Shown here piece after piece: positions 28,511-38,426 of a stretch of DNA of 64,000 nucleotides (within the stretch, counting starts at the first letter, position 1; every line of letters starts with the position of its first letter). A model generated the notes under the pieces. The model did no database searches. It had not been told where the DNA came from and worked only from the letters and a program-made list of their open reading frames with translations. Source of the DNA: a virus (lineage: Duplodnaviria > Caudoviricetes). The stretch spans positions 882-64,881 of the IMG/VR virus record IMGVR_UViG_3300013108_000151; one strand, given 5' to 3'. A program made the position numbers and the translations under genes.

Positions 28511-28539
28511 ATTATATATGATAACTTAGCAGTTGTCAA
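28511..28539 (-). promoter_or_regulatory. consensus sigma70 promoter for dnaJ-def-clpA
   Basis: TTGACA-17nt-TATAAT. Confidence 0.85.
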
Positions 28540-28549
28540 GTTAGAAATG

Positions 28550-28795
28550 TTACTCGGATTTACTAGAACTCTTTCCAGAACTACTACCTACATACAAACC
28601 AAACCAGGCCGCTCCAGCACCAACTACTATTGATACTAAACCACTTTGTTCAAAGTTTGGCGCCTCAAGAGCCATAAACCAATGTACTACTTGATACAAT
28701 AAGATGATGTAAACTGTAATAAACACTCTTGGAAAAATTCTCCAAGCGTCAAAAGCCTTTGCTAAATCTAATATTCCTTTATATTTGTTTTCCAT
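28550..28795 (-). CDS. holin-like 2-TM protein
   Basis: WRIFPR plus two TM helices; in lysis cassette. Confidence 0.55.
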   Translation of the reverse strand: MENKYKGILDLAKAFDAWRIFPRVFITVYIILLYQVVHWFMALEAPNFEQSGLVSIVVGAGAAWFGLYVGSSSGKSSSKSE

Positions 28796-28799
28796 TATT

Positions 28800-29240
28800 T
28801 TATTCCTTTTTTGATGCTTTCCTCATATTTGAGATTGCTTCTTTATTTTTTTCTATTTGTTCAGTTTGGGCATCGTCTAACATCTTTTGTATTTTCTGTG
28901 CTTTTTCAAACTGTGAATCTTTGTGTACTTCGTTGTTAATAACCTTCTCTAATTTGAGAATAGGTATTCTAGTATTAGGTACATATCTCCACGTATAACC
29001 GTTATCAGAGTAAATTCCAAATACTGTTTGTCCTACTCCAATTTTAACTATAGTGGCTTCAGCACCATCTAATAAGACTGTGTCGCCTTCGTTAAATGCT
29101 GGATTCATTTTAAACTTTAAGCCTTGTGCTAAATTAGTAACAAAGTCTTTTGTCCAAAAAGCAATCATTAATGATATAAGGATAGCGATCCAAGGACCTA
29201 TAAATTCTGTTATTGCTAGTGCTTCTGGTGATGGTGTCAT
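28800..29240 (-). CDS. minimal MscS-like membrane protein
   Basis: TM helix then FNEGDTVLLDG..IVKIG..T..VPN (MscS beta domain). Confidence 0.6.
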   Translation of the reverse strand: MTPSPEALAITEFIGPWIAILISLMIAFWTKDFVTNLAQGLKFKMNPAFNEGDTVLLDGAEATIVKIGVGQTVFGIYSDNGYTWRYVPNTRIPILKLEKVINNEVHKDSQFEKAQKIQKMLDDAQTEQIEKNKEAISNMRKASKKE

Positions 29241-29243
29241 TCT

Positions 29244-29519
29244 TTATTTCTCCAGTTTGTTTAATCTGGCCTCTAGTTCGTCTATTTTCTTTGTAACGTG
29301 AGGGTACTTTTTACGCCAAGCATCGTCGGGTTGCTGTAACCATGTCCAACCCCAACGCTCTACAAGATAGTCTGCTATCCTGTCAAAATACCCATACATC
29401 CAAAGGCCAATTCGTGTACCTTTGAAGTAAGTTGAAAACGCTAGTCCAAATAAAGAACCGACTAATGCTGTGTATATCCACAAGCGGTCGCTTGCCATTC
29501 GTTCGATCATTTCCCACAT
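29244..29519 (-). CDS. small membrane protein
   Basis: one TM helix, basic coiled C-terminus. Confidence 0.6.
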   Translation of the reverse strand: MWEMIERMASDRLWIYTALVGSLFGLAFSTYFKGTRIGLWMYGYFDRIADYLVERWGWTWLQQPDDAWRKKYPHVTKKIDELEARLNKLEK

Positions 29520-29563
29520 AATTGACTTACTCCTGTTTATAGAAGTATTTATCTATTATAGGG

Positions 29564-30004
29564 TTAGTTAAGTTGCCAGAATTTCTTTTGAGATTCCGCT
29601 TCTTTTTTGGCTTCTGCTTCGGCTTTATCTTCTTCGTTTTTGTTGTCTATTGCCTGTTCGGCATTTTCATAGTAGTTTTTATAAGCACCTATGATTGCTT
29701 GTTGCTGTTGTATTAATGTCATTATGTCAGACATGTTTAGAGATAGTTTTTCGTATCCATCATCAGTTAATCCAAACAGGACTATATCTTTTTTATCGTC
29801 TGATAATCGTGCCCAAACTTCCTCTACATTTTCTTCGTTAATAACAAACCACTCAACATCTTTTAAGTTTAGTGTGTCTACATCAGGTAAAACTAAAACT
29901 GGTTTTTCTATTGGTTTAGTTGTTACGTTAAGTTCTTTTACAGAACTACTACAGCCTGCTAAAAATACTGTGGCAATAATTGATAATACTAATAACTTCT
30001 TCAT
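29564..30004 (-). CDS. o-spanin-like lipoprotein
   Basis: MKKLL...FLAGC lipobox, overlaps i-spanin. Confidence 0.7.
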   Translation of the reverse strand: MKKLLVLSIIATVFLAGCSSSVKELNVTTKPIEKPVLVLPDVDTLNLKDVEWFVINEENVEEVWARLSDDKKDIVLFGLTDDGYEKLSLNMSDIMTLIQQQQAIIGAYKNYYENAEQAIDNKNEEDKAEAEAKKEAESQKKFWQLN

Positions 30005-30498
30005 AAGTTTTTCTTTTTCCATGCTTCTGATTGAATACTAGGATCAAAGTTAGGATTTGCTAACTCATAGCATTCCGGATTGATCTCACTAGGCTTAGTT
30101 GCTTGTATTTCTGATTCAAGTAACGGAGCACCACTTAATATTTCAGCACACCTTAAAGCATTGTCAGAACCTTTATTTAAAACATCTTCTGTCATGCCTG
30201 GTCTAGCGACACCTAGTACACCAATGTCATGCCTGCTTAATTTATTTTGTAATCTTTTTGATCTGTCTTCTGCTTCTTGGAATTTTTCATTAAGGATTTT
30301 ATTTTCTTTAGCCATTGCTTCATATGATTCTTTCATAGCAAGTTTGGCCGCTTCTGCTTCTTTGGCCGCAAAAGTTGCCTTTGCTTCATTGGCAACTAGT
30401 ATAGCCATTTTTTCTTGTGTATCATTATAATACCAATAGGCACCTCCGCCCATAGCACACATTAATACAAACATAATTAAAGATAACTTAAGACCCAT
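30001..30498 (-). CDS. i-spanin-like protein
   Basis: N-terminal TM, long coiled coil, follows endolysin. Confidence 0.7.
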   Translation of the reverse strand: MGLKLSLIMFVLMCAMGGGAYWYYNDTQEKMAILVANEAKATFAAKEAEAAKLAMKESYEAMAKENKILNEKFQEAEDRSKRLQNKLSRHDIGVLGVARPGMTEDVLNKGSDNALRCAEILSGAPLLESEIQATKPSEINPECYELANPNFDPSIQSEAWKKKNL

Positions 30499-30502
30499 AA
30501 AT

Positions 30503-31345
30503 TTATCCTAATAATTTTCCTAACGATTTTGGCCCCATTATACCATCTGCTGTTAAACCATTTTTACTTTGCCATTGTTTAACAACACGTTCCGTACCTG
30601 GACCAAAGTCACCATCTGCTGGTAAAATATTTAAAGCCCTTTGTACTTCTATAACCGTTTGTCCTTTCGAACCTTTTCTAACTGTGTTATAAGACTTTAC
30701 TTCTGATGGTTTGTAATGTTCGCCAAATACTTCTAAAGCATGTTCGTAATGTTTCTTACGATCTTCAAGTCCTATTGTACCACCGTTAATTCTTTTTGTC
30801 ATGCCAACTACATCTTGAGCATCAGCATACTTATTTAATCCATTTGTACTCCAAAACCAACAAGCACTTTCTAAAGCACCTTGTTTAGTTCCTAAGTATT
30901 CTACAACTTCTTCTGGCGACTTATTAATACTTTTACCAAATCTAGTGTAGTTACTTCTGCCAGTTAATTGTATTACACCACGTCCACGGAATCTATATCC
31001 ATCTCCTGACGCTGTGTCTCCGTTGTCCATCCTGTTAGCATAGATAACGTTAGCAATTTTCTCTGGCTGTCTATGATACTCTTCAGCATCTCTTCCAGCA
31101 CGTTTAAAGTATTTTGGAAATACTCTATTCAAAGCATCGGCACTATAATTTAAGTTTTCTTTTAAAACTGTAAACTGTAAACTTTCGTGTCCACATTGTG
31201 CTAAGAATCCTGCTACTCTGCTTTTAGTATCAATGTCATACTTTGGTAGCATTTTACTCATTAGTTCGTGCCATTCAGACACTTCTTTATTTTTAGTTAA
31301 GATATTTGATAATTTATCTTTTGTGAAATCAAATTTAAAACTCAT
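30503..31345 (-). CDS. endolysin, GH19 + peptidoglycan-binding domain
   Basis: FLAQCGHES, ENLNYS, FRGRGVIQLTG, INGG; C-terminal ADGDFGPGT..LTADG. Confidence 0.92.
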   Translation of the reverse strand: MSFKFDFTKDKLSNILTKNKEVSEWHELMSKMLPKYDIDTKSRVAGFLAQCGHESLQFTVLKENLNYSADALNRVFPKYFKRAGRDAEEYHRQPEKIANVIYANRMDNGDTASGDGYRFRGRGVIQLTGRSNYTRFGKSINKSPEEVVEYLGTKQGALESACWFWSTNGLNKYADAQDVVGMTKRINGGTIGLEDRKKHYEHALEVFGEHYKPSEVKSYNTVRKGSKGQTVIEVQRALNILPADGDFGPGTERVVKQWQSKNGLTADGIMGPKSLGKLLG

Positions 31346-31389
31346 CTTGATAGTTCCTTTCGTATGCTATACATACTTAGTGAAAGCAA

Positions 31390-31848
31390 TTATATGTTAA
31401 TGGCTTTCTTGATATCGTCTATTAGTTTAGAATCGGATAAAAACCCGCTGTAAGATTCAGAAGAATTAGGTATTTGTGCTAGTGTTTCTTCTGTAACGTC
31501 TTTGCTTATAGAACTTTTGCTGTATCTCATTTTCCAATCTTCTAAGTCAGCAACTTTGCTTACTTCTTTAAGCATGTAACCTAAGTTATCTCTAATGTCA
31601 ACATTTCGTTCCATTTCGACAAACACCATATACTTTCCATGTCTGTTAGTACCTGGGGAAACAGCGGCATCTAGTATCCATTCATAGCCTGACTCTAAGA
31701 AGTTAACTAAGTCTTGTCCTGCTTCTTTATTTTCTACTTGAAAGTTAACAACACAAACATCTTCGTCTGTGCCCATCTTTGCTTTGTAACGATCAACTTC
31801 AAAGTGATCGCTAATTGTCATTCTAAGGTCGCCGTGTTTAAGTCCCAT
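31390..31848 (-). CDS. hypothetical (late) protein
   Basis: 152-aa ORF coupled to next gene. Confidence 0.6.
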   Translation of the reverse strand: MGLKHGDLRMTISDHFEVDRYKAKMGTDEDVCVVNFQVENKEAGQDLVNFLESGYEWILDAAVSPGTNRHGKYMVFVEMERNVDIRDNLGYMLKEVSKVADLEDWKMRYSKSSISKDVTEETLAQIPNSSESYSGFLSDSKLIDDIKKAINI

Positions 31849-32390
31849 TATAAATCTAACTCCGGTGTTGATTGAGTTTCTGGAGCAATAGTATCTGTAT
31901 CTGTTAGTCCAGTTTCTTGTTGTGATGTAACATCTTCCATGTCGTATGTGTCACCTTCAATCTCAATGCTACCTCTGTATATTTCTGTCATTAGTTGTCT
32001 TGGCATAGTAATTTCTACTATCCAAACTTTCTCCGAAACCATTTTAGGATATCTAGTACCTGGTTCCATTTGCTCCATTCTTTCAGCAGTATCGGCGGAT
32101 AAGTCCACTGGAGTTTCTAAAACATCTCTTCGGTATTTAATGTTAGCACCATAGTCTAAAAGACGTCTAGCACCATCTGGATCTGGCATTTGCTTTTCAG
32201 GCCACATAAATGATGCTGTAACCCAATGGCGTTCAGTAACAGGTCCTAGAACTAATTCTCCATCTGTCCAGTTTTTATAACTGTAAAGATGAACAGCATC
32301 TAGTACTCGTTCAAAATCAATCAGTGTTTCTGTAAAACTATCTGAGTTGTATAAACTCTTTAGTGTTTCTGCTATTTCTAATGCTTTCAT
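31848..32390 (-). CDS. hypothetical late protein
   Basis: MKALEIAE leader; TAAATAC at 32419-32425. Confidence 0.6.
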   Translation of the reverse strand: MKALEIAETLKSLYNSDSFTETLIDFERVLDAVHLYSYKNWTDGELVLGPVTERHWVTASFMWPEKQMPDPDGARRLLDYGANIKYRRDVLETPVDLSADTAERMEQMEPGTRYPKMVSEKVWIVEITMPRQLMTEIYRGSIEIEGDTYDMEDVTSQQETGLTDTDTIAPETQSTPELDL

Positions 32391-32560
32391 TTTTTATTCC
32401 GTATGAATGTTACTCACTGTATTTATGTCTAAAATCAATAATATTATATAAGTTATGGCTTTTGACAATACTATCTTAAATACTTATAGTGGTTCATTGA
32501 TATCCACTTCGAGAATGAATAGGATATTTGCCACTAAGACATTGTTTTATAGGAGGCACT

Positions 32561-33289
32561 ATGTCAAAGAAAAATAAACGACACAAGCATAACCATAATC
32601 TTGCTTATGCTGACAATACTTTACATTTTGACAACATACGTCAGAAACCCCCACAAATGATCCCTAGATCACTAGCACAAGAGCATTATATTGATATCTT
32701 AACGGATGAAAATTGCCCTATTGCTGTAACTAGCGGTCCTGCAGGTACAGGAAAAACGTACTTGGCCATGTTAGCGGCTATTAGAGCCTACCGAACGGGA
32801 CAAGTAGAAAAGATAGTTTTAACTAGACCAGCGGTGGGCGTAGATGATGAGCGTCACGGATTCTTACCTGGTGATTTAAATGCCAAGATGGAACCCTGGA
32901 CGAGGCCCCTCTTTGATGTATTAAAAGAATACTACAATACAAAAGAAATAACTAGGATGTTAGATGAAGAAATTTTGGAGATCAGTCCACTGGCATTCAT
33001 GCGAGGAAGAACTTTTAAAAAATCGTGGATCATAGCAGATGAAATGCAAAATGCCACCCCAAGTCAGATAAAGATGTTACTTACCCGCTTAGGAGAAGGA
33101 TCTAAAATTGTAGTGACTGGCGACGTCAAGCAGGCAGATAGAAACAATCAACAAAATGGTTTATTGAATTTCGATACTATTACTAATGGTAAAGAGATGA
33201 CATTTATCAGAACTTGCCGGTTCACTAACAAAGATATTGAGAGACATCCGGCTGTAGCGGAGGTATTATCATTATATGGTGACAATTAA
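32561..33289 (+). CDS. phoH: PhoH-family ATPase
   Basis: GPAGTGKT, LTRPAV, GFLPG, FMRGRTF, DEMQN, RHP; start re-set after AGGAGG. Confidence 0.95.
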   Translation: MSKKNKRHKHNHNLAYADNTLHFDNIRQKPPQMIPRSLAQEHYIDILTDENCPIAVTSGPAGTGKTYLAMLAAIRAYRTGQVEKIVLTRPAVGVDDERHGFLPGDLNAKMEPWTRPLFDVLKEYYNTKEITRMLDEEILEISPLAFMRGRTFKKSWIIADEMQNATPSQIKMLLTRLGEGSKIVVTGDVKQADRNNQQNGLLNFDTITNGKEMTFIRTCRFTNKDIERHPAVAEVLSLYGDN

Positions 33290-33476
33290 AATTTAAAAGC
33301 AATTCTAGGGAAAACTGCTCATATAACTTGTGGATAACTGTTTTCCCTGGAAAAAGTATGATTCAAATACATGGTTTTTGACGCCAAAAACCATTTCAGA
33401 TGTTATAACTATGGATTGGCCTGGTAGTAAATAATACGCTGATTAACTTAATCAGTGAAAATAAAGGAGATCCAAT

Positions 33477-33710
33477 ATGGACATTATGACAAAAATAAAA
33501 GGTTGGGCATCGTCTCTAGCCGATACGGGCGTAAGCCTAATCGCTTTGGGCATTGTGCTTGAAGTTCTTTTTAGTGGACAAAACATACCGTTCTGGCCAA
33601 ACATTTCTGTAATAGGTAATGTACAGTCAATTCTAGCAGGTTTCTCAGAGCAAGGTTTACTTGGTTTGGTTGCTGTTTGGATTTTATATAACTTATACAA
33701 AGCAAAATAA
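33477..33710 (+). CDS. small membrane protein resembling a conserved Pelagibacter protein
   Basis: AAGGAG RBS; VSLIALGIVLEVLF..PFWPNISVIGNV (recalled similarity, not searched). Confidence 0.7.
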   Translation: MDIMTKIKGWASSLADTGVSLIALGIVLEVLFSGQNIPFWPNISVIGNVQSILAGFSEQGLLGLVAVWILYNLYKAK

Positions 33711-33801
33711 ACGTATATGTTATTAGAGAACAAATCGTTCACTATGAGTTGGTATCGATCTATCGACTCAGATTTGCTCTTTAACAAAGGAGGAAATTGA
33801 A

Positions 33802-33909
33802 ATGATGAAAAATAAATGGATATGGGGAGGAATCGTACTTGTTGTAGCAGTAGTGTTATGGCAACTAGGAATTTTCACTCCTTCACCTGCAGAAGTAACT
33901 ACAGGTTAA
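33802..33909 (+). CDS. 35-aa single-TM protein
   Basis: AAAGGAGG RBS; MMKNKWIWGGIVLVVAVVLWQLG. Confidence 0.65.
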   Translation: MMKNKWIWGGIVLVVAVVLWQLGIFTPSPAEVTTG

Positions 33910-33934
33910 TCAATAATATCAAGACGTTAAATGG

Positions 33935-33967
33935 AAAAGAGCAGTTCATATGATCTGCTCTTTTTTT
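33935..33967 (+). terminator. intrinsic terminator
   Basis: aaaagagcag...ctgctc + T7. Confidence 0.75.
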
Positions 33968-34043
33968 ATGGGTGAAATTTCAGTCAAAAAAAACCGCCAA
34001 CTAAACCAATATTTTACGTTTACTTGACGGACTTGGTGGCGCC

Positions 34044-34655
34044 TTATCCCACCTTGCGAATATCTATTACACTTTTATTTATGCCAGATACAATATTATA
34101 TATGTCTCCCCAGTTCTTTGCTACAGGAAAGTCGTGTTCGGTATTCATGTTGTGACCATGTTCCATTACAATAGGTTTCAATCCTGCTTTAGCACCAGCA
34201 ATAGCATTTTCTACTTTATCTTCAATCCACCACATTTTACTATTCTCATATACAGATAGTGCTTCGTCTTTATCAGCACCAGTTCCTAAGCAAGTAACTT
34301 CTGTAAACACACCCTCGCCAAACAATTTATCTAAGTTTTGCTCACGTAATTTTTTAGCATGATATTGTGTAGACATACTAGTAATAGCATGGAATGTCCA
34401 ACCTTCGTCTGCCAATTTTGTTACATATTCAACAGCATCTCGTAAAGGAGGTAGAAATCCCATTACAGCACTTTCGTTAAAAATCTTAATCAGTTTCTTT
34501 GCTTGTGATTTTTCAATGCTATATCGAATGTTCATTCCGTAAGCAAATTCTTCGCCTTCTTGCTTTTTGAATCCTTGTTCGTTCATCCAAACATCAAAAG
34601 CATACTCCCAATTTAGTAATACACCGTCTACGTCTGTTAATATTGTCTTTTTCAA
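34044..34655 (-). CDS. HAD phosphatase (T4 gp30.2-like)
   Basis: ILTDVDGVLL, WIEDK; probable TTG start at 34655. Confidence 0.8.
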   Translation of the reverse strand: MKKTILTDVDGVLLNWEYAFDVWMNEQGFKKQEGEEFAYGMNIRYSIEKSQAKKLIKIFNESAVMGFLPPLRDAVEYVTKLADEGWTFHAITSMSTQYHAKKLREQNLDKLFGEGVFTEVTCLGTGADKDEALSVYENSKMWWIEDKVENAIAGAKAGLKPIVMEHGHNMNTEHDFPVAKNWGDIYNIVSGINKSVIDIRKVG

Positions 34656-34685
34656 TGGAGTTTCCTTATTGTTAATTATAGTATA

Positions 34686-34714
34686 ATTATACACTATTTT
34701 AGGCCGTTTGTCAA
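34686..34714 (-). promoter_or_regulatory. consensus sigma70 promoter
   Basis: TTGACA-17nt-TATAAT. Confidence 0.85.
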
Positions 34715-34870
34715 CCGGTTTTTTCATTAAATGACTAGTTAAGTACATACATTTTATTAGTTAAATACTACTATGAATAATAAAAGAAAAGTACCGAATA
34801 GAGGTATTGGCACAAGTCTAAGCCTAAATAGAAAGAATGGCTATAAAGTTTATGTGGAGAATAATACATT

Positions 34871-35740
34871 ATGTTTAAGTCATTTTTTCAAGAGACAAAG
34901 TGGTTCTTACTCGCGACTGTCATACTAGGTGTAATCTTAGTAGGCAACATATATTATTGGCAATGGGAAGATCAGCGCCAAGCAAGAGCTAACGAAGGTA
35001 TCCCCGAGTGGATATGGAATCCAAACTATTTAGAAGAACATAACCTAGTAGAAGAAAAGGGATTAGAGTTTAAAAAACTTTCAGCACAGTTGTATTCTAT
35101 GACTGGTAATATTGCTGTAGACGATTGTGAAAAAATTGTCCCACTTCTACCAAAAGACGATATACCATTTACAGTTATCTTAGAGAGCCCAGGTGGTTCT
35201 TTATTTGATGGAATATGTCTAGCGGCGCATCTTAAACACAGAAATGTTGTAACAGTTGTTCGTGATACACCTATTGTAGACGACGAAGGCAACATATTAT
35301 ATGAGCCTGGACTAGTTGGCTTTAGTGATGATCAGCCTGCTATAATGGACGGCAAGGTTATTTGTGCTTCGTCATGTGCTTTTATATTTTTAGGTGGAGA
35401 TTATAGATATTTGATAGGTGATGTTTGGTACGGCATACATGCCCCGAGGACACCTGAAGATGTACAAGGCGGTATTAGTAAAACAGCAATTGAAACACAA
35501 GCCTATCGTTCGGCTACTGGCATAATGATGCTACTTGATCAATTAGGTGTTACACATAATGAAATTAAGTATTTGTTTATACAAGTACCGTCGACGTCAA
35601 TGTATTGGTTACACCCTAGAGACTTTGCTGTAACGCCAGCATTGGGTTTCATTGCTACACATTATAGAGATTTTTGGGATTTTAATTTTGAACAACCGGT
35701 ATATGTAGGAACCGGTATACCAGACAAAAAGGAGAAATAA
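34871..35740 (+). CDS. membrane-anchored ClpP/crotonase-fold protease-like protein
   Basis: N-terminal TM; LESPGGS, CASSCAFIFLGG, GIHAP. Confidence 0.7.
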   Translation: MFKSFFQETKWFLLATVILGVILVGNIYYWQWEDQRQARANEGIPEWIWNPNYLEEHNLVEEKGLEFKKLSAQLYSMTGNIAVDDCEKIVPLLPKDDIPFTVILESPGGSLFDGICLAAHLKHRNVVTVVRDTPIVDDEGNILYEPGLVGFSDDQPAIMDGKVICASSCAFIFLGGDYRYLIGDVWYGIHAPRTPEDVQGGISKTAIETQAYRSATGIMMLLDQLGVTHNEIKYLFIQVPSTSMYWLHPRDFAVTPALGFIATHYRDFWDFNFEQPVYVGTGIPDKKEK

Positions 35741-35742
35741 AA

Positions 35743-36765
35743 ATGTTAAGATCATTTTTCTTAGACAAACAGAACGGCTTTTATGCTTGGACTATGTTAG
35801 CCTTGTTATTAGGATTGTCCTGGTATACTGTACAACTTCTTGTATTTTATAATGCTTGGAATAGAGAAATTTACGATACTTTACAATCATTACAGGAAGA
35901 TAGATTTTGGGAATTATTCTTAGGCTGGGATTGGGGAAGGATACGAGAGTTAGTTATATTAAAAGAAGGCACTATGATGTCATTTTTAGAACTTATTGTC
36001 CTTTACGTTCCTATAGCCGTGTACGCCACGTGGCAAACACAACGATACTGTTTCAAATGGCGAGAAGCAAATACACATTATTATCTACGTAGATGGGAAG
36101 GTTGTGAGGCTAAAATTGAAGGTGGCAGTCAGCGTATACAAGAAGACTTAATGATATTTGGTAAAACATTACAAAGTTTGTTTACAGGTTTCTTTAGTTC
36201 TATACTAGTATTGTTTGCTTTCCTTCCTATACTTTGGACCTTATCAGAAGGGTTGCCTGTATGGAATGGACAAATTATTCCCGGCTTCCTTGTATGGGTA
36301 GCATTAGGTGTATCCTTAGGAGGTACTTTTATATCTGTTATACTTGGTTGGAAACTGCCTAGTTTAGAATACAACAACCAAAAAGTAGAAGCAACATTTA
36401 GAAAGCAACTAGTTTTTTCAGAAGATGATTTTAAAGCAAGGGCAACGGAAGTTTTATTTCCTATGTTTAGTTCTGTTAAGAGAAACTATTATAGACTATT
36501 TAATTGGTACATGGGATTTGGTGTATGGCAAACAGCATTTGGATTATGTGTAGGTAACTTAGCACTAATTGTTTTAGCACCAGCATATTTTGACCAACTT
36601 ATTACACTTGGAGTTTTATTCCAGGTACTTAATGCATTTGGACGAGTAGAAAGTTCAATGGGATTCTTTATTGATCGATGGACGACCATCGTAGACTTCA
36701 TGTCTGTTATTAAACGTATCCGTGAATTCAACACAGCCTTAGATACGGCAGAAATGGAGAAATAA
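35743..36765 (+). CDS. sbmA: SbmA/BacA-family peptide transporter
   Basis: multi-TM, KWRE, IEGGSQRIQED, LEYNNQKVEATFRK, NAFGRV, RWTTIV. Confidence 0.85.
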   Translation: MLRSFFLDKQNGFYAWTMLALLLGLSWYTVQLLVFYNAWNREIYDTLQSLQEDRFWELFLGWDWGRIRELVILKEGTMMSFLELIVLYVPIAVYATWQTQRYCFKWREANTHYYLRRWEGCEAKIEGGSQRIQEDLMIFGKTLQSLFTGFFSSILVLFAFLPILWTLSEGLPVWNGQIIPGFLVWVALGVSLGGTFISVILGWKLPSLEYNNQKVEATFRKQLVFSEDDFKARATEVLFPMFSSVKRNYYRLFNWYMGFGVWQTAFGLCVGNLALIVLAPAYFDQLITLGVLFQVLNAFGRVESSMGFFIDRWTTIVDFMSVIKRIREFNTALDTAEMEK

Positions 36766-36767
36766 AA

Positions 36768-37256
36768 ATGATTAAAAAAACATTAGCCCGATGGTGGTTG
36801 ATTACAACAATCACATTGTGTGGTGTTTATCCATTGTGGACGTTTGGTATATTTGGAGACATTTATATGGCAGACGTTACAAGCATTCATTTAATAATTT
36901 ATGCTGTATTTGTACTTGCTACTATTCTGACAGGGATTGCGGCCTGGAGGACAAATACAAGTGATAGACGAACAGGGCATTACAATAAAACAACAACAAA
37001 GATTGTTGACATTTGTTGGTTCTTATCTGAGTCAATGATGACATTAGGTTTGATTGGAACAATAGCAGGAATGATATACTTGTTTAGTATGATATTTGGC
37101 GACATAGATGTTAGTGATCCTGATAGTTTAAAAGAAGCATTATCGCATATGGCCAGAGGACTTTCAACTGCTATGTACACTACAATCTGTGGTATGATTG
37201 GTGCTTTAATAACAAAAGTTCAATTAATGAATATAGAGTTTGACACAAATGAATAG
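36768..37256 (+). CDS. MotA/TolQ/ExbB proton-channel protein
   Basis: LGLIGTIAGM, GLSTAMYTT. Confidence 0.85.
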   Translation: MIKKTLARWWLITTITLCGVYPLWTFGIFGDIYMADVTSIHLIIYAVFVLATILTGIAAWRTNTSDRRTGHYNKTTTKIVDICWFLSESMMTLGLIGTIAGMIYLFSMIFGDIDVSDPDSLKEALSHMARGLSTAMYTTICGMIGALITKVQLMNIEFDTNE

Positions 37257-37938
37257 ACAAAGATTCAAAGGCATGACATCGTTCTTAGATATGCTCTGGA
37301 TACTGTTAGCAGGATTTGGAGCCATGTTTATTATTGCTTTTCTTCTTATACAACCACCGGCAAAGAATGCCGACATTATTAAGAAAGCAGAATACATTAT
37401 TGTCCTTAGTTGGGATAGTGAAGTAGGAGATGATATTGACCTTTGGGTACGAGATCCGAAAGGTATTACTGTTAGTTTTAGAAACAAGACTGGCGGTCTT
37501 ATGAATTTAGAAAAGGACGACTTAGGCAGACAAAATGATGCTATAACAGATGAGTATGGTAACGTAACTGTAGTAAAAATAAACAGAGAAACAACAACAC
37601 TTCGAGGAACAGTACCAGGTGAATACGAAGTAATGATTCACGTATACTCAAGAGAGTTTGTGCCTAGTACTAGAGAAAATGCTAAACCAGGTGCCCAACA
37701 TCGACGTACAGGTCCTGTTGAATATAGTGTTGAAGTTATAAAAATCAATCCTTACAAAATAGTATATGCTACAGAGGGGGTATATGATCAAGACAAGCAA
37801 GAAATAAGTATTGTAAGATTTACAATTGGTGATGATCACGAGTTTGAAGGGTTCAACAATAATCCTTCTAACATTATACAATTTACTACAGATTCTTATA
37901 ATGGTAATACTCAAATTAACGGGAGGCCTTTATTATGA
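37240..37938 (+). CDS. ExbD/MotB-like single-TM partner with periplasmic beta domain
   Basis: TSFLDMLW TM with the conserved Asp; DDIDLWVRDP domain; no OmpA domain. Confidence 0.65.
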   Translation: MTQMNRQRFKGMTSFLDMLWILLAGFGAMFIIAFLLIQPPAKNADIIKKAEYIIVLSWDSEVGDDIDLWVRDPKGITVSFRNKTGGLMNLEKDDLGRQNDAITDEYGNVTVVKINRETTTLRGTVPGEYEVMIHVYSREFVPSTRENAKPGAQHRRTGPVEYSVEVIKINPYKIVYATEGVYDQDKQEISIVRFTIGDDHEFEGFNNNPSNIIQFTTDSYNGNTQINGRPLL

Positions 37939-38426
37939 CATTAGACATGGAACTAACTAAAATATTCTTAACATTATCTATATTTGTATTAATGTCCTTC
38001 TCGTTGTTTGTTGCTATACGTTATGGTAGAGTTAACAAATGGACTTACATAATGATACCTGTTATACTAGTTTTATCTATGACTATTAAAACTAGTATAG
38101 AAGATATGTTAGGATATCCTACAAAGCAAGTAGCAAAAGAAGAACAGTTATACCTTACACACTTTGTTGGTATAGAGAAAAAATGGATATACATTTGGGC
38201 AATTGACAACAGTATATCTTGGGAGCCAAGGGCGTTTAAAATAGTTTATACTAAAGAAAACGAAAAAGCATTACAAGATGCTAAAGAACAACAACAAGCA
38301 GGCGTACCAATAGGTGTAGCCGTAGATGAGCCACCAAGAGTTGGCGGAGAGAAAGATCGACAAACAGTACGAGTAAATGTTTTTAACAAATCTCGTGGTG
38401 TACAAAAATCAAATGGAGACTATTAA
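37935..38426 (+). CDS. 2-TM membrane protein
   Basis: two TM helices then soluble domain (WIYIW, EPRAF). Confidence 0.65.
   Translation: MTLDMELTKIFLTLSIFVLMSFSLFVAIRYGRVNKWTYIMIPVILVLSMTIKTSIEDMLGYPTKQVAKEEQLYLTHFVGIEKKWIYIWAIDNSISWEPRAFKIVYTKENEKALQDAKEQQQAGVPIGVAVDEPPRVGGEKDRQTVRVNVFNKSRGVQKSNGDY

Noticed and set aside
36768-37938. Zorya ZorAB or flagellar MotAB
   Set aside because: A subunit lacks the long ZorA tail, B subunit lacks the OmpA domain, and no zorC/D/E is present
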